From Promethearchaeota archaeon (GTDB taxonomy: Archaea; Asgardarchaeota; Thorarchaeia; Thorarchaeales; Thorarchaeaceae), in contig JBHLPF010000019.1 in NCBI GenBank assembly GCA_048939765.1, positions 26,234 to 74,843 on the forward strand: a DNA stretch of 48,610 nt, in the 5' to 3' direction. The notes under the pieces were generated by a model. It saw only the letters and a list, made by a program, of their open reading frames with translations. It was not told the origin of the DNA and ran no database searches. How positions within the stretch are numbered: position 1 is the stretch's first letter; every line of letters begins with the position of its first letter. Positions 39,634 to 48,451 of the stretch are shown in pieces. A program made the translations under genes and the position numbers.

Positions 39634-40566
39634 ATGGTCGTCGAATTCATTATCGTTGCCACATTTGCGACTGTAATTGGATTGACGGCGTCTGTGGGCA
39701 TGAGTGGTGGCGGATATAAGACACCACTATTAATCGTCGTCTTCGGGCTGGGTGCTGAGATGGCTGCGGCTGCTTCCTTATTCTCCGCGCTATTTCTCGC
39801 AATCATGGGTACTGTTGCCTTTGCACGGTATAAGCCAACTCCGATCCTCATTCGTCTAGGACTAATACTCGCCATGGTGACTGTTCCTTGCTCATTGCTC
39901 GGAATTGCCTTGAGAACCTCAATTGGGGATGACCTTGTCCTACGTCTGATATTCGGCATCCTTCTCTTCCCTGCTGCCATAATGATGCTATTCGCTGAAA
40001 GGACAGAGAGAGAAGATCACACCCCTCAAAAGGAATCATATGACATCTATCAGTCGGGCCGAGTTCGTCTGGGCCTTGCATTCTTGGGGATCCTTGTAGG
40101 TGGAGTTGCATCTGGTCTATTGGGAGTGGGTGGTGGTGTCATAATAGTGCCTGTTTTGTGTATCCTGCTAGAGATGCCTATACTTATTGCAGCAGCCACT
40201 TCCATGTTTACTATGATCTTCACTTCTAGTGCTGGCACACTCATGAACTATATGGTGCTCCCTGATTTCGGAGACCTTTCGACTTTCATATTCTATGGAG
40301 TGGCAATGGGAATTGGGATGATTGTTGGGGGCGTGATTGGGCCAAGATATGCATGCAGAATAGATGCAGCAAAACTCAAGAGGCTGTTCGGTGCTCTGCT
40401 TGTTTTCCCGCTTGTCGAAATGATGGGTCTTGGCAGACTATGGCTTGACCCGCTTGGGCTTAGTGTTCCTTTGGACGTTGTCGGCGATCTCATAATCTGC
40501 CTGATAATCATAATTCCCATTGGTATCTTTAGATGGTATCAGATAAGAAAACAACACATTCCCTGA
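39634..40566 (+). CDS. TauE/SafE (TSUP) family membrane transporter
   Basis: Two internal repeats (GMSGGGYKTP / GVGGGVIIVP; AAAASL / AAATSM) and about 9 TM segments. Confidence 0.87.
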   Translation: MVVEFIIVATFATVIGLTASVGMSGGGYKTPLLIVVFGLGAEMAAAASLFSALFLAIMGTVAFARYKPTPILIRLGLILAMVTVPCSLLGIALRTSIGDDLVLRLIFGILLFPAAIMMLFAERTEREDHTPQKESYDIYQSGRVRLGLAFLGILVGGVASGLLGVGGGVIIVPVLCILLEMPILIAAATSMFTMIFTSSAGTLMNYMVLPDFGDLSTFIFYGVAMGIGMIVGGVIGPRYACRIDAAKLKRLFGALLVFPLVEMMGLGRLWLDPLGLSVPLDVVGDLIICLIIIIPIGIFRWYQIRKQHIP

Positions 40567-40678
40567 TTCCGATTATTAGTAAAACTATGCTACTATTATA
40601 GCACATCCACGTTACGCTTAATATTCTAGGTACGAATTGGCTTAGAGCCTAGCAAATAGCTATCATGAGGTTTTTGAA

Positions 40679-41449
40679 TTGGGTAAAGTAGACCTAGAAA
40701 AACTGAGAAGAGAAGTAATGGAAAACATGAACAAGGGCAAATCTGGAGATGTTGGCAAGAAGCTGATGGATGCCTTCAGGAAGATTGATCGTTCAGAATT
40801 CCAAGCGTTCGGTGAGATTATGAAGGATGCTATCCTGGTTGATCCAGCATTGTTCTCCGAGAAGGCTTACATCCTGTTTGACAAGATTATGCGTGCCAGA
40901 GACCCGTCAAAGCTGTCTGATTACGAGATATTCTTTGTCGAGAACTTCTGTAAATTGCCTGGCGAGGAATTTGCAGTCATCGCTGATGGTTGGGTTGAAA
41001 CCGGCAAGTCCGTCATCAAGGGAAATGTCTTTGTATCGAACTATCGTGTCATTGCCACTGGTGTACAGGAAGCGAAGAAAGCAAGGGTGAGCGGAGGAGG
41101 TGTGTTCGCTTTCTTGAGTCTAGTCCAGTTGGGCAGCTACATGTACAACAAGTCCATCATGGAACAGATTACTAAGTCAATAACGGCTGAGTCAGTCCAG
41201 ATGGTAAACTACGGTGTCCTGTACCCCATCAAGGGTGGCTATGAGATTGAGCAAGAGGCCAAGGGATTTAGGGCAAAGCAGAATGACCGAGTCAACTACA
41301 AGGTCGATGTGCCATACGTGGACAAGAAAGGCAACGAACAGGTTGCTGACGTCGACGTGTCAATCGTCGTCAATATCAAGGACCCAGATATACAAGCAAA
41401 GCTCGACAAGGTTGAAGAGATTGTTAGAGCGAATGCGAAAGCAGTCTAG
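40679..41449 (+). CDS. Hypothetical protein with possible PH/GRAM-like domain
   Basis: Clean 256-aa ORF with TTG start after GAGG and a downstream hairpin. Segment LPGEE...KGNVFVSNYRVI resembles PH-GRAM/bacterial PH beginnings. Confidence 0.6.
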   Translation: MGKVDLEKLRREVMENMNKGKSGDVGKKLMDAFRKIDRSEFQAFGEIMKDAILVDPALFSEKAYILFDKIMRARDPSKLSDYEIFFVENFCKLPGEEFAVIADGWVETGKSVIKGNVFVSNYRVIATGVQEAKKARVSGGGVFAFLSLVQLGSYMYNKSIMEQITKSITAESVQMVNYGVLYPIKGGYEIEQEAKGFRAKQNDRVNYKVDVPYVDKKGNEQVADVDVSIVVNIKDPDIQAKLDKVEEIVRANAKAV

Positions 41450-41465
41450 TCAATGATCTTGATTC

Positions 41466-41530
41466 AATCCCTCAAGCATGCGGCTCCTACTGACAGGTGC
41501 TGCATGTTTTGGGGATTTCTATTTTTCATT
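41466..41530 (+). terminator. Stem-loop plus T-rich tail between convergent genes
   Basis: ATCCCTCAAGCATGCGGC...GCTGCATGTTTTGGGGAT (with G-U pairs), then TTCTATTTTT. Confidence 0.6.
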
Positions 41531-41537
41531 AGCACTG

Positions 41538-42044
41538 TCACTTGATTTTGTTATGCTGGCACCAATCGCCCCTGATTGCACTGAGGTGTCCATTGTGGTG
41601 GTTCAGGTGCGTGAAGGTAAAAGCAATCACATCTAAGATTCGCATTCCCCTAAAGAACTGTGGAATTCTTGGTTCCTCAAGCACGCTGTTCAGTTCTCTG
41701 TCGGAGAGCTCTGCTACCCAATCAAGGAAATCTTTCTCTGTTGTGTCGTAATATTCATTGATCTCTTGGAGTGAATGCCCTGTCCAATCTCCCGGGTCCT
41801 GACTATCTCCTCTGTATCTGTAAAAAAGTTCTGGATTTCTAGGAGGATTGTCCTTGATCAGCATATTCAATGTGTAGTCATAGGCCGCTGCCTGATGGGC
41901 GAGAATCCATCCTATGGCTGACATTCCTGATCTAGGTCGATATGAAAGGTCACTGCATCCTTCCTCTTGCAGGTTTCGAAGAGCCCTCTCTCGCCAAGCT
42001 CTAGTGGATGCTGCCACGCTTTGGACAAGGTCTGCGGTATTCAT
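41538..42044 (-). CDS. DinB family protein
   Basis: YRPRSGMSAIGWILAH and HLNHHNGHL. Confidence 0.82.
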   Translation of the reverse strand: MNTADLVQSVAASTRAWRERALRNLQEEGCSDLSYRPRSGMSAIGWILAHQAAAYDYTLNMLIKDNPPRNPELFYRYRGDSQDPGDWTGHSLQEINEYYDTTEKDFLDWVAELSDRELNSVLEEPRIPQFFRGMRILDVIAFTFTHLNHHNGHLSAIRGDWCQHNKIK

Positions 42045-42218
42045 TTCGATTCACATGCCCTGCAGAAACTCTTGATTTATGTATTGGCAACCAAGCAGAC
42101 GGTTTTTCAGCTTCAATCTTACAGTGTCAGCATATGATGACAGGAGTCATCGAAGAACTACTGATTGTGGCATCGACATTATCACTTGGAAAGCAATAGT
42201 TCTTATCTCCACGAGGAT

Positions 42219-43862
42219 ATGATATCATGGATTCGTATGAGGAGGGCGACTATCTATCTCGTAATGCTTGCGACTCTGCTTGCTTCCAGTGCACTTCTTA
42301 TTCTAGACTTCCCGCTTCTTTTTGAGCCCCCACGGAGTGAAAGAGAAGTAATCTTCAGCTCTCAATACAACGATATCGCCCGTGATATGGCTATGGACAG
42401 CAACGGAAGTATCATAGTGGTGGGAGCGCGAATGGCAGAAGACACCACAGCATCTAAGTTCCACATGGTTAAAGCCTCATCTTCAGGGCAATTGGAATGG
42501 GCAAAGACATGGAACATTTCGAGGAATGATATGATTGTCGGAGTCGAAGTTGACTCCATGGATAATATAATCCTTGCAGGAGTCTCCGGCTTTAATCAAG
42601 AAAACACGACGGGACTCGTTATGAAATTTGATTCCCAAGGAGAGCTCATTTGGCAAATGGGGTTTTCAGGAATAAAGTACAATTGGCACTGGTGGCCTCC
42701 ATATTCTGATTATTTCGGGCTCACTGTTGATATCAACACTGACAATATATTCGTGGTTGGTAGTTCTATTGCAGCTGGCCATGAGTCTCTTATCGCGGCC
42801 CTGAATTCCTCAGGAAGTGAGTTGTGGCGAACGCTATGGAGTGGACCTTCAGATTCGAATGGTACTGATGTCACAACAATGTGGCTCAGCTCCAAGGAAG
42901 GAATCATCATAACTGGTGGGATCTACGAAGCAGAGGCCGAGTTAGCCATGTTTGAAGATGAGTACAAGGGTTTCTACACTGCTGCCTTTGCTATCAATGG
43001 TACTCTTCGATGGAACCACACATCGTCCCTCATCTGGACCGGTCTCGAAACGAATGAAGACGAGTTTGTGACTGCGACAGCATCTTGGAGAGGCTATAAT
43101 CAGGTCACTCTCTACACGTATGATGCAGGAGGAATTGGCGGATGTACTCTGGATGTTGGTGAGTATTATAGCATCAGGATTCAGGGATTTTGCATGAACG
43201 GAAGCGAGCACATAATCGGCTTTGGCAGAGTTGAGAGCCTGATAGTCGCCGCGCCAGTTACCAGAATCTTTACTCCCAAATACCAGGCACCTCAAGCTCC
43301 TCAGACGCTTATCCTTAGCTGCGATTCTTCTGGTAATCTAGAATGGTATGATTTTCTTCTCCTGCGCACAATGTCAGAGCCTTGCGGTGTCATATTTGAT
43401 TCTCAAGAGAGAATGATCTTGGCTGGTCACACTAGTGCACTCTCACTCTATCATAATGACTTCTTCATCGTCTTTGGATTTCAGCACACTCCTTTCTTGC
43501 CAGACTACCAGCTCCTTTTGCTGGGATTCTTTCCTCTCTTCAATATAATAATCCCCGGCCTCTTGAGTGAACTAAGAAGACTGCACGAAGAAGGAATCTC
43601 GTTCATGAAAATCCATATTTCTGGAATGGAGTTTCAGAGGGCTATTTGGCGGCTTGCTCAAGTTGAGTTGATCCTTTTCCTCTTCTTGTTTGTCCTTCCT
43701 ATTGCTAGTGCTCCCGGTGGCGGTCCTCCTTCTTTCTTCGCGTATCTACCACGATGGATGCAGATACTATTATTCAGCATTCCACTTGGCCTCATTGTTC
43801 TCTTTTTCCTCTATTTGGTTGTGAGAGTTCAAAGTAGTCGGTCTACGGCAGAAACTGGATAA
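42219..43862 (+). CDS. Membrane-anchored extracellular beta-propeller repeat protein
   Basis: N-terminal TM, repeated D(S)xGxIxxxG...K(F)DSxGxLxW blades, three C-terminal TM segments. Start at 42219 or 42237. Confidence 0.7.
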   Translation: MISWIRMRRATIYLVMLATLLASSALLILDFPLLFEPPRSEREVIFSSQYNDIARDMAMDSNGSIIVVGARMAEDTTASKFHMVKASSSGQLEWAKTWNISRNDMIVGVEVDSMDNIILAGVSGFNQENTTGLVMKFDSQGELIWQMGFSGIKYNWHWWPPYSDYFGLTVDINTDNIFVVGSSIAAGHESLIAALNSSGSELWRTLWSGPSDSNGTDVTTMWLSSKEGIIITGGIYEAEAELAMFEDEYKGFYTAAFAINGTLRWNHTSSLIWTGLETNEDEFVTATASWRGYNQVTLYTYDAGGIGGCTLDVGEYYSIRIQGFCMNGSEHIIGFGRVESLIVAAPVTRIFTPKYQAPQAPQTLILSCDSSGNLEWYDFLLLRTMSEPCGVIFDSQERMILAGHTSALSLYHNDFFIVFGFQHTPFLPDYQLLLLGFFPLFNIIIPGLLSELRRLHEEGISFMKIHISGMEFQRAIWRLAQVELILFLFLFVLPIASAPGGGPPSFFAYLPRWMQILLFSIPLGLIVLFFLYLVVRVQSSRSTAETG

Positions 43863-44155
43863 CTCACACCCACTGTCTTTTTTTTCTGAAAGCCAAGCTG
43901 TCAAATGTTGGCATTCATTGTGTTGGCGCAGAATCGTTTCTCATCTCTGCAACAAAAATCGGACTCGTGATTCGCTCTGAGTTGAGGAGCGCTTCAACAA
44001 TTGGCTGGGCCTCCAGTCCGAGATGAGGGAAGTACTCGACGGCCTCACTGCAGCTTGATTGCTCTCAACCCGGCTGGCCGAAGCTGTTAAGTACCTGTAT
44101 CAGTCGGGTTGCCGCAGGAATCGACCACCAATGTAGGTGGAAGAATGAGGATTTA

Positions 44156-45442
44156 GTGATTCAAATGAGTCGAAAAGTCTGTATCGCAGGTGGCAGTGCG
44201 ACGCCTTTCGACTATCCCATGCATATTACACCAGAGGCAATGGCTGCCAATTGTATTGTGGAAACCCAGCAGGATATTCCTGACTTCACTCTCAGGGACC
44301 TGCAGTTTATGGTATATTCGCATTTCTCAGTACACTTTGGCAAGCAATTATGTCCTGAGTGGATTGTCCATGATCATCTTGGGTTAGTCGGACTGCCCCA
44401 CGTGCGTATTGAGAACGGTGGAAATACAGGAGGCTCAGCCCTCTTTGGTGCCTTCATGGCGGTGAAGTCTGGGCTCTATGATTGTGTTGGAGTCTATGGG
44501 TGGGAAACCATGGACAATGTCACCCAGTCACAGGGTAGCGAGTTCATTGCGCTTGCGTCTGATACACGCTATGAAGCACTCGCTGGTGGCATCTATCCCA
44601 TCTATTATGCTGCCATGGCGTACAAGTTCATGAAAGACAACGACTTGACTGAGGAGGACTTCGCTCTTGCTGCTATGAAGAATAGGAATTATGCAGCTGA
44701 CAACCCGAAGGCGCAGTTCTACAGGAGTGATTTTACAAATCCAAAGTCGCCCTACTACAAGAAGGAGCTCACTGTAGAAGATGTAATGGAGAGTCGTCTT
44801 ATCAGCTACCCATTAAAGAAGCTGGACTGCTGCTTGATGAGTCGCGGCGGAGCCTTCGCACTTGTCACCAGTGAGGAGTGGGCGAAGAAGCATGCTCCAG
44901 ACACCTATGTTGAGATTGCCGGTGCTGGCCTTAGCTCCTGTACCATTCGAGCTGGAGACCGTATTGACTTCCCTGGTTGGAACGAGCTGTACGGTAAGGG
45001 CTATCCTGACATGACAGAGTTCGGTGCATGCCGGAAGTCTGGCGAGGATGCCTATGACATGGCCGGCATCGAGTACAAGAAGGCCGCGAAGGAGGTTGAC
45101 GTCGCTGAGATTCACGATGCCTTCAGTAGCTCGGAGACCCAGATCTACAAGGCTCTGCACTGGTGTGACAGAGAGAACATCAAGGAGTTCGTTCGTGAGA
45201 AGCAGACATTCCTTGATGGTGAAGTCCCCACAAACATCGGTGGCGGTCTCATGGGCTATGGGCACCCAGTTGGGGCGACTGGAATTATGAGTGCTCTGGA
45301 GTGCTCATACCATCTCAATGACACGGCACCTAAGAAGCACTTGAGCTCCAAGACCTATGTGAAGGACGCAAACACTGGTCTTGTCAACAGTCATGCTGGC
45401 ACTGGCACCAGTATCTCGAACTTCATTCTGAGGAGGCCATAG
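44156..45442 (+). CDS. Thiolase-fold protein (archaeal/SCP2-type) lacking the canonical nucleophilic Cys
   Basis: KNRNYAADNPKAQ, YPLKKLDCC, EIHDAF, GGLMGYGHPVGATG. The expected ENACASG motif reads ENGGNTG. Confidence 0.88.
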   Translation: MIQMSRKVCIAGGSATPFDYPMHITPEAMAANCIVETQQDIPDFTLRDLQFMVYSHFSVHFGKQLCPEWIVHDHLGLVGLPHVRIENGGNTGGSALFGAFMAVKSGLYDCVGVYGWETMDNVTQSQGSEFIALASDTRYEALAGGIYPIYYAAMAYKFMKDNDLTEEDFALAAMKNRNYAADNPKAQFYRSDFTNPKSPYYKKELTVEDVMESRLISYPLKKLDCCLMSRGGAFALVTSEEWAKKHAPDTYVEIAGAGLSSCTIRAGDRIDFPGWNELYGKGYPDMTEFGACRKSGEDAYDMAGIEYKKAAKEVDVAEIHDAFSSSETQIYKALHWCDRENIKEFVREKQTFLDGEVPTNIGGGLMGYGHPVGATGIMSALECSYHLNDTAPKKHLSSKTYVKDANTGLVNSHAGTGTSISNFILRRP

Positions 45443-45444
45443 AG

Positions 45445-46110
45445 ATGACCAATGACAAGAGACTACACAAGATTCCAGGTCATACTGATGTTGAGTGGGA
45501 CGACAAGCATTCTGACGAGTTCCGTGGCAATGTCGAGGAAACAGGTATCGGTTTCATGGGCTACGATTGGGACTCGAAAGAGGAGCAGTTCAAGGTCTAC
45601 CTTCACTACGATCAGCTGTATTATTGGAAGTACGCAGAGGTTTCTAGGCTCGGTAAGGGCTTTGTTGACGGTGAGTTCTGGGGAACCAAATGCCCGAAGT
45701 GCGGTGACAAGTTCTTCCCGCCAAGGGTGAATTGCTGGAACCTCGACGATAATCTCGAAAAAACGGTCTGGACTGAACTAGCGCAGGAAGGCATTGTTCA
45801 TACCTTCACGGTTGCTGGGTGGAGTGGAAAGTCTTCACTAAAGCGTCTACCATTCATTCTTGCCTACGTAATCGTTGACGGCTGTAAGACCGCAATTGCC
45901 AATGAGCTTCGAGGTATCGAGCCCTGGGAGGCTGAGTTTGGTATGCCGGTCAAGGTTGCTTGGAAACCGAAAGGTGAACGTCAAGGCACGGTCACTGACT
46001 GGTGGTTTGAACCTGCAGACGGTTGGAAACCCAGTCCAATGAACGAGGAGAAGGAGCGCATCAAGGAGCTCTGCCAACCCGTGATTGAATGGGTCAAGAC
46101 CATGAAGTAA
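45445..46110 (+). CDS. DUF35 (Zn-ribbon + OB-fold) partner of the thiolase-fold protein
   Basis: GTKCPKCGDKFFPPRVNC, GIVHTFTV, PFILAYV, GMPVKVAW. Starts 2 nt after the thiolase stop. Confidence 0.9.
   Translation: MTNDKRLHKIPGHTDVEWDDKHSDEFRGNVEETGIGFMGYDWDSKEEQFKVYLHYDQLYYWKYAEVSRLGKGFVDGEFWGTKCPKCGDKFFPPRVNCWNLDDNLEKTVWTELAQEGIVHTFTVAGWSGKSSLKRLPFILAYVIVDGCKTAIANELRGIEPWEAEFGMPVKVAWKPKGERQGTVTDWWFEPADGWKPSPMNEEKERIKELCQPVIEWVKTMK
46015..46108 (+). repeat. Direct repeat copy 1 (last 31 codons of the DUF35 gene)
   Basis: Aligns without gaps to 48303..48396 with 17 mismatches in 94 nt (hand count). Confidence 0.9.
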
Positions 46111-46123
46111 TACTGTACTGAAC

Positions 46124-46168
46124 GAGTGGGAAGAAGAATCTCTTCCCTCTCTTTCCCTTATTTCTCTT
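46124..46168 (+). terminator. Putative terminator of thiolase-DUF35 operon
   Basis: GGGAAGA-agaatc-TCTTCCC hairpin followed by a long pyrimidine run. Confidence 0.55.
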
Positions 46169-46301
46169 CGAAAGTCCACTCTGTATCTATTCCATGCCAG
46201 AGAAACTCGTGCAATTCTTGACCTGTTGCCTGAGTAAAATGTTCTGACATAATCTTTTTCTGAATGCTTCTCAATAGTAGAAGATTAGGGGTGGTGATTC
46301 T

Positions 46302-48071
46302 GTGACAATTCTGATAACATATTTGACTGCTAAGAATACTCAAGAACAAATTAATGTAGAGAAGGAAATAGAAAAGATTGATCTCTCTAGTCGAGAGATA
46401 ACAAATATTGATCTATCACCTCTAAAGGAGTGCGTTAATCTAGAAGAAATAGACCTCCATAACAATAATCTGCAAACAATAGATTTGTCCCCTCTTTCTG
46501 CGGTATCTAATCTAACGAAACTCAACTTATCCAAGAATCAAATCGAAACAATCGACCTTGGCCCTCTGTCTAAGTGCTCAAAGCTGAAGGAACTGAACCT
46601 TGAGAATAACCAGCTTCGAGCTATTGATTTGTCACCACTCAGAGAATGTCCTCAATTAGAGATACTCTACCTTTGGAGGAATTATCTGCGAAAAGAAACA
46701 GTTGTTCCTATCTTCAGTAGGGTTGATGAAGATCTAATAGCTCAGATCAATTCTACCTATGTAATACCTGCAGATCCAAATGTGCGTAAAATGGTCGTCA
46801 CAACCAACTCAAAAAATATCGATTATTCAGGACTAGCAAGTTGCCAACACCTTGAAGAGATCTATATTCAGCAATGTGAGAATGTCGAATCAATCGACCT
46901 TACATCGCTGAGCAAAAATCAAACGCTTCGAGACATTGAAATATGGGGAAACAGACCATTTAGGGAACTCCTGTTGCCAACAGGATGTGACAATCTTGAG
47001 CGTGTCGTAATAGAGGGAAACACACTTAGACCTACAAAGCCTACTGATGATGAAAAAACAATCAGAATTAGTGAATCGAGAGAAACGTCGAATGCTGGAT
47101 CACGATTAAAGATTGACGGAGCTGAAGTACAGCCTTCAACACCTTATGATGCAACACCTGGCGGGCCCGGATTTTTGATGATTACTATTGATGGAGCTCC
47201 AACTATACAGAGGCTTGAAATAACACGTACTGAGTTGGAAGCACAGCGTTTTAGTTGTCTTGTAGATCTCAGTGTGTTGGATAACAGCCCAAATTTGCGT
47301 GTCATCATTATACAAGAACACAGTGTGTCAGGCTTTATTGGGAAGAGAAACCTGAAAGGAGCTGATCATGAGATTTATTATGCTCATTCTTTCTCTATTA
47401 TCCTTCCTTCAAACTGTCCCAATCTTATGGCTCTTTCTCTTGGTGATACTACCGTAGAAGAGTGGCGATTAGAGAATTGCCCAAATTTACGCTATATCAC
47501 GGTCAGAAATCGGAGAGACGGATTTGATTTTGGTCAATTTCTAGATCAATATCAAACACGAATGACCAGACCAATCATCTACATCGACTATGGATACCTA
47601 GATGAATCAGTTGGGTTTAATGTGCATGGATTTGATCTCTTTCCCCAGGAAATCAAAGAGTGCTTCGTTTCAAAATATGTATACAAGAAAAACTATGAAG
47701 ATGAAATGAGAAGATGTGAAAAAGGGTTATTTCCCATGGATACGGCAGATTGGTTAGAGAAAGGTAGAGAGGCGTTGTACTCAGGGAAGCTTCATTACGC
47801 AATCAATGCATTCAGTCAAGCCGCTAGTCTGACGCCATCATCCTTTGACGCATGGTGGGAGCTTGGACGAGCCTGCAATGCATACGGTAGTGAGATGGGA
47901 CGCACAGGTGACCACTCTCGAGCAAACATGTACAAGATCAAAGCTGCATTCTCTTTTGACAGAGCGGCAAGAGCAGACCCCAATGATCCCAATGCCGAAA
48001 AGGCAAAGACGTACGCTCAGAACATCCGTGAGGCACAGAAGAAGAAGAAAGAGAGGGGTCTGTTCGAATAG
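46302..48071 (+). CDS. Leucine-rich repeat protein with C-terminal TPR-like helices
   Basis: 22-aa LRRs (LEEIDLHNNNLQTIDLSPLSAVSN etc.) and C-terminal TPR-like AINAFSQAASLTPSSFDAWWELGRA and FDRAARADPND. GTG start after GGTGGTGA. Confidence 0.85.
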   Translation: MTILITYLTAKNTQEQINVEKEIEKIDLSSREITNIDLSPLKECVNLEEIDLHNNNLQTIDLSPLSAVSNLTKLNLSKNQIETIDLGPLSKCSKLKELNLENNQLRAIDLSPLRECPQLEILYLWRNYLRKETVVPIFSRVDEDLIAQINSTYVIPADPNVRKMVVTTNSKNIDYSGLASCQHLEEIYIQQCENVESIDLTSLSKNQTLRDIEIWGNRPFRELLLPTGCDNLERVVIEGNTLRPTKPTDDEKTIRISESRETSNAGSRLKIDGAEVQPSTPYDATPGGPGFLMITIDGAPTIQRLEITRTELEAQRFSCLVDLSVLDNSPNLRVIIIQEHSVSGFIGKRNLKGADHEIYYAHSFSIILPSNCPNLMALSLGDTTVEEWRLENCPNLRYITVRNRRDGFDFGQFLDQYQTRMTRPIIYIDYGYLDESVGFNVHGFDLFPQEIKECFVSKYVYKKNYEDEMRRCEKGLFPMDTADWLEKGREALYSGKLHYAINAFSQAASLTPSSFDAWWELGRACNAYGSEMGRTGDHSRANMYKIKAAFSFDRAARADPNDPNAEKAKTYAQNIREAQKKKKERGLFE

Positions 48072-48115
48072 CAGGGGGTTCATCCGAGAAGGAATGCACA
48101 AAATCACTCCAAGGT

Positions 48116-48244
48116 ATGAAAGAAAATGCAGATGTGGATTTTGTAATTTCTGAAGAAGATATGGAATTCCTAAGAAATGTGGACCAAATCAAAGACCATG
48201 GACGTGCCAGCATGATGCCTGTATTTGGAGGAAAACTGAGTTAG
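48116..48244 (+). pseudogene. Probable C-terminal remnant of an aldo/keto reductase gene
   Basis: Translates MKENADVDFVISEEDMEFLRNVDQIKDHGRASMMPVFGGKLS*, resembling (from memory) the C-terminus of 2,5-diketogluconate-reductase-like AKRs. The N-terminal barrel is absent. Confidence 0.5.
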
Positions 48245-48302
48245 ATGACACTACTTTCTGAGACAGAAAAAGCAAATTTGTTCATCATCGAATAGTTTCT
48301 TG

Positions 48303-48396
48303 GCAGATGGATGGAAGCCAAGGCCCATGAATGAAGAGAAAGAGCGCATCAAGGAGCTCTGCACACCAGTCTACGAATGGGTCAAGACAATGAAGT
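48303..48396 (+). repeat. Direct repeat copy 2: orphan, diverged 3' end of the DUF35 gene
   Basis: Encodes ADGWKPRPMNEEKERIKELCTPVYEWVKTMK(WS*) versus ADGWKPSPMNEEKERIKELCQPVIEWVKTMK* in the intact gene. No upstream DUF35 coding sequence. Confidence 0.9.
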
Positions 48397-48411
48397 GGTC
48401 CTGAATGAACA

Positions 48412-48451
48412 TGAGCTGGATGTGTACTACTCCAGCTCACTCTTCTTTTTT
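48412..48451 (+). terminator. Terminator hairpin behind the orphan DUF35 3' fragment
   Basis: TGAGCTGGA-N10-TCCAGCTCA (9-bp perfect stem), then CTCTTCTTTTTT. Confidence 0.7.

Noticed and set aside
43905-43930. TGTTGGCA / TGTTGGCG as another copy of the regulon element
   Set aside because: Lacks the TGWWCA boxes at -20, -10 and +21 found in the three full copies.
44411-44434. Selenocysteine replacing the thiolase Cys
   Set aside because: The codons are GGT GGA AAT, with no in-frame TGA.
46360-46680. 66-nt periodicity as a CRISPR array or DNA repeat
   Set aside because: Explained by in-frame 22-aa leucine-rich repeats; there are no identical repeats with unique spacers.
46111-48302. Autonomous mobile element (IS, prophage, integron)
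   Set aside because: No transposase, integrase, terminal inverted repeats or attC-like sites were seen. Only the diverged direct repeat is supported.
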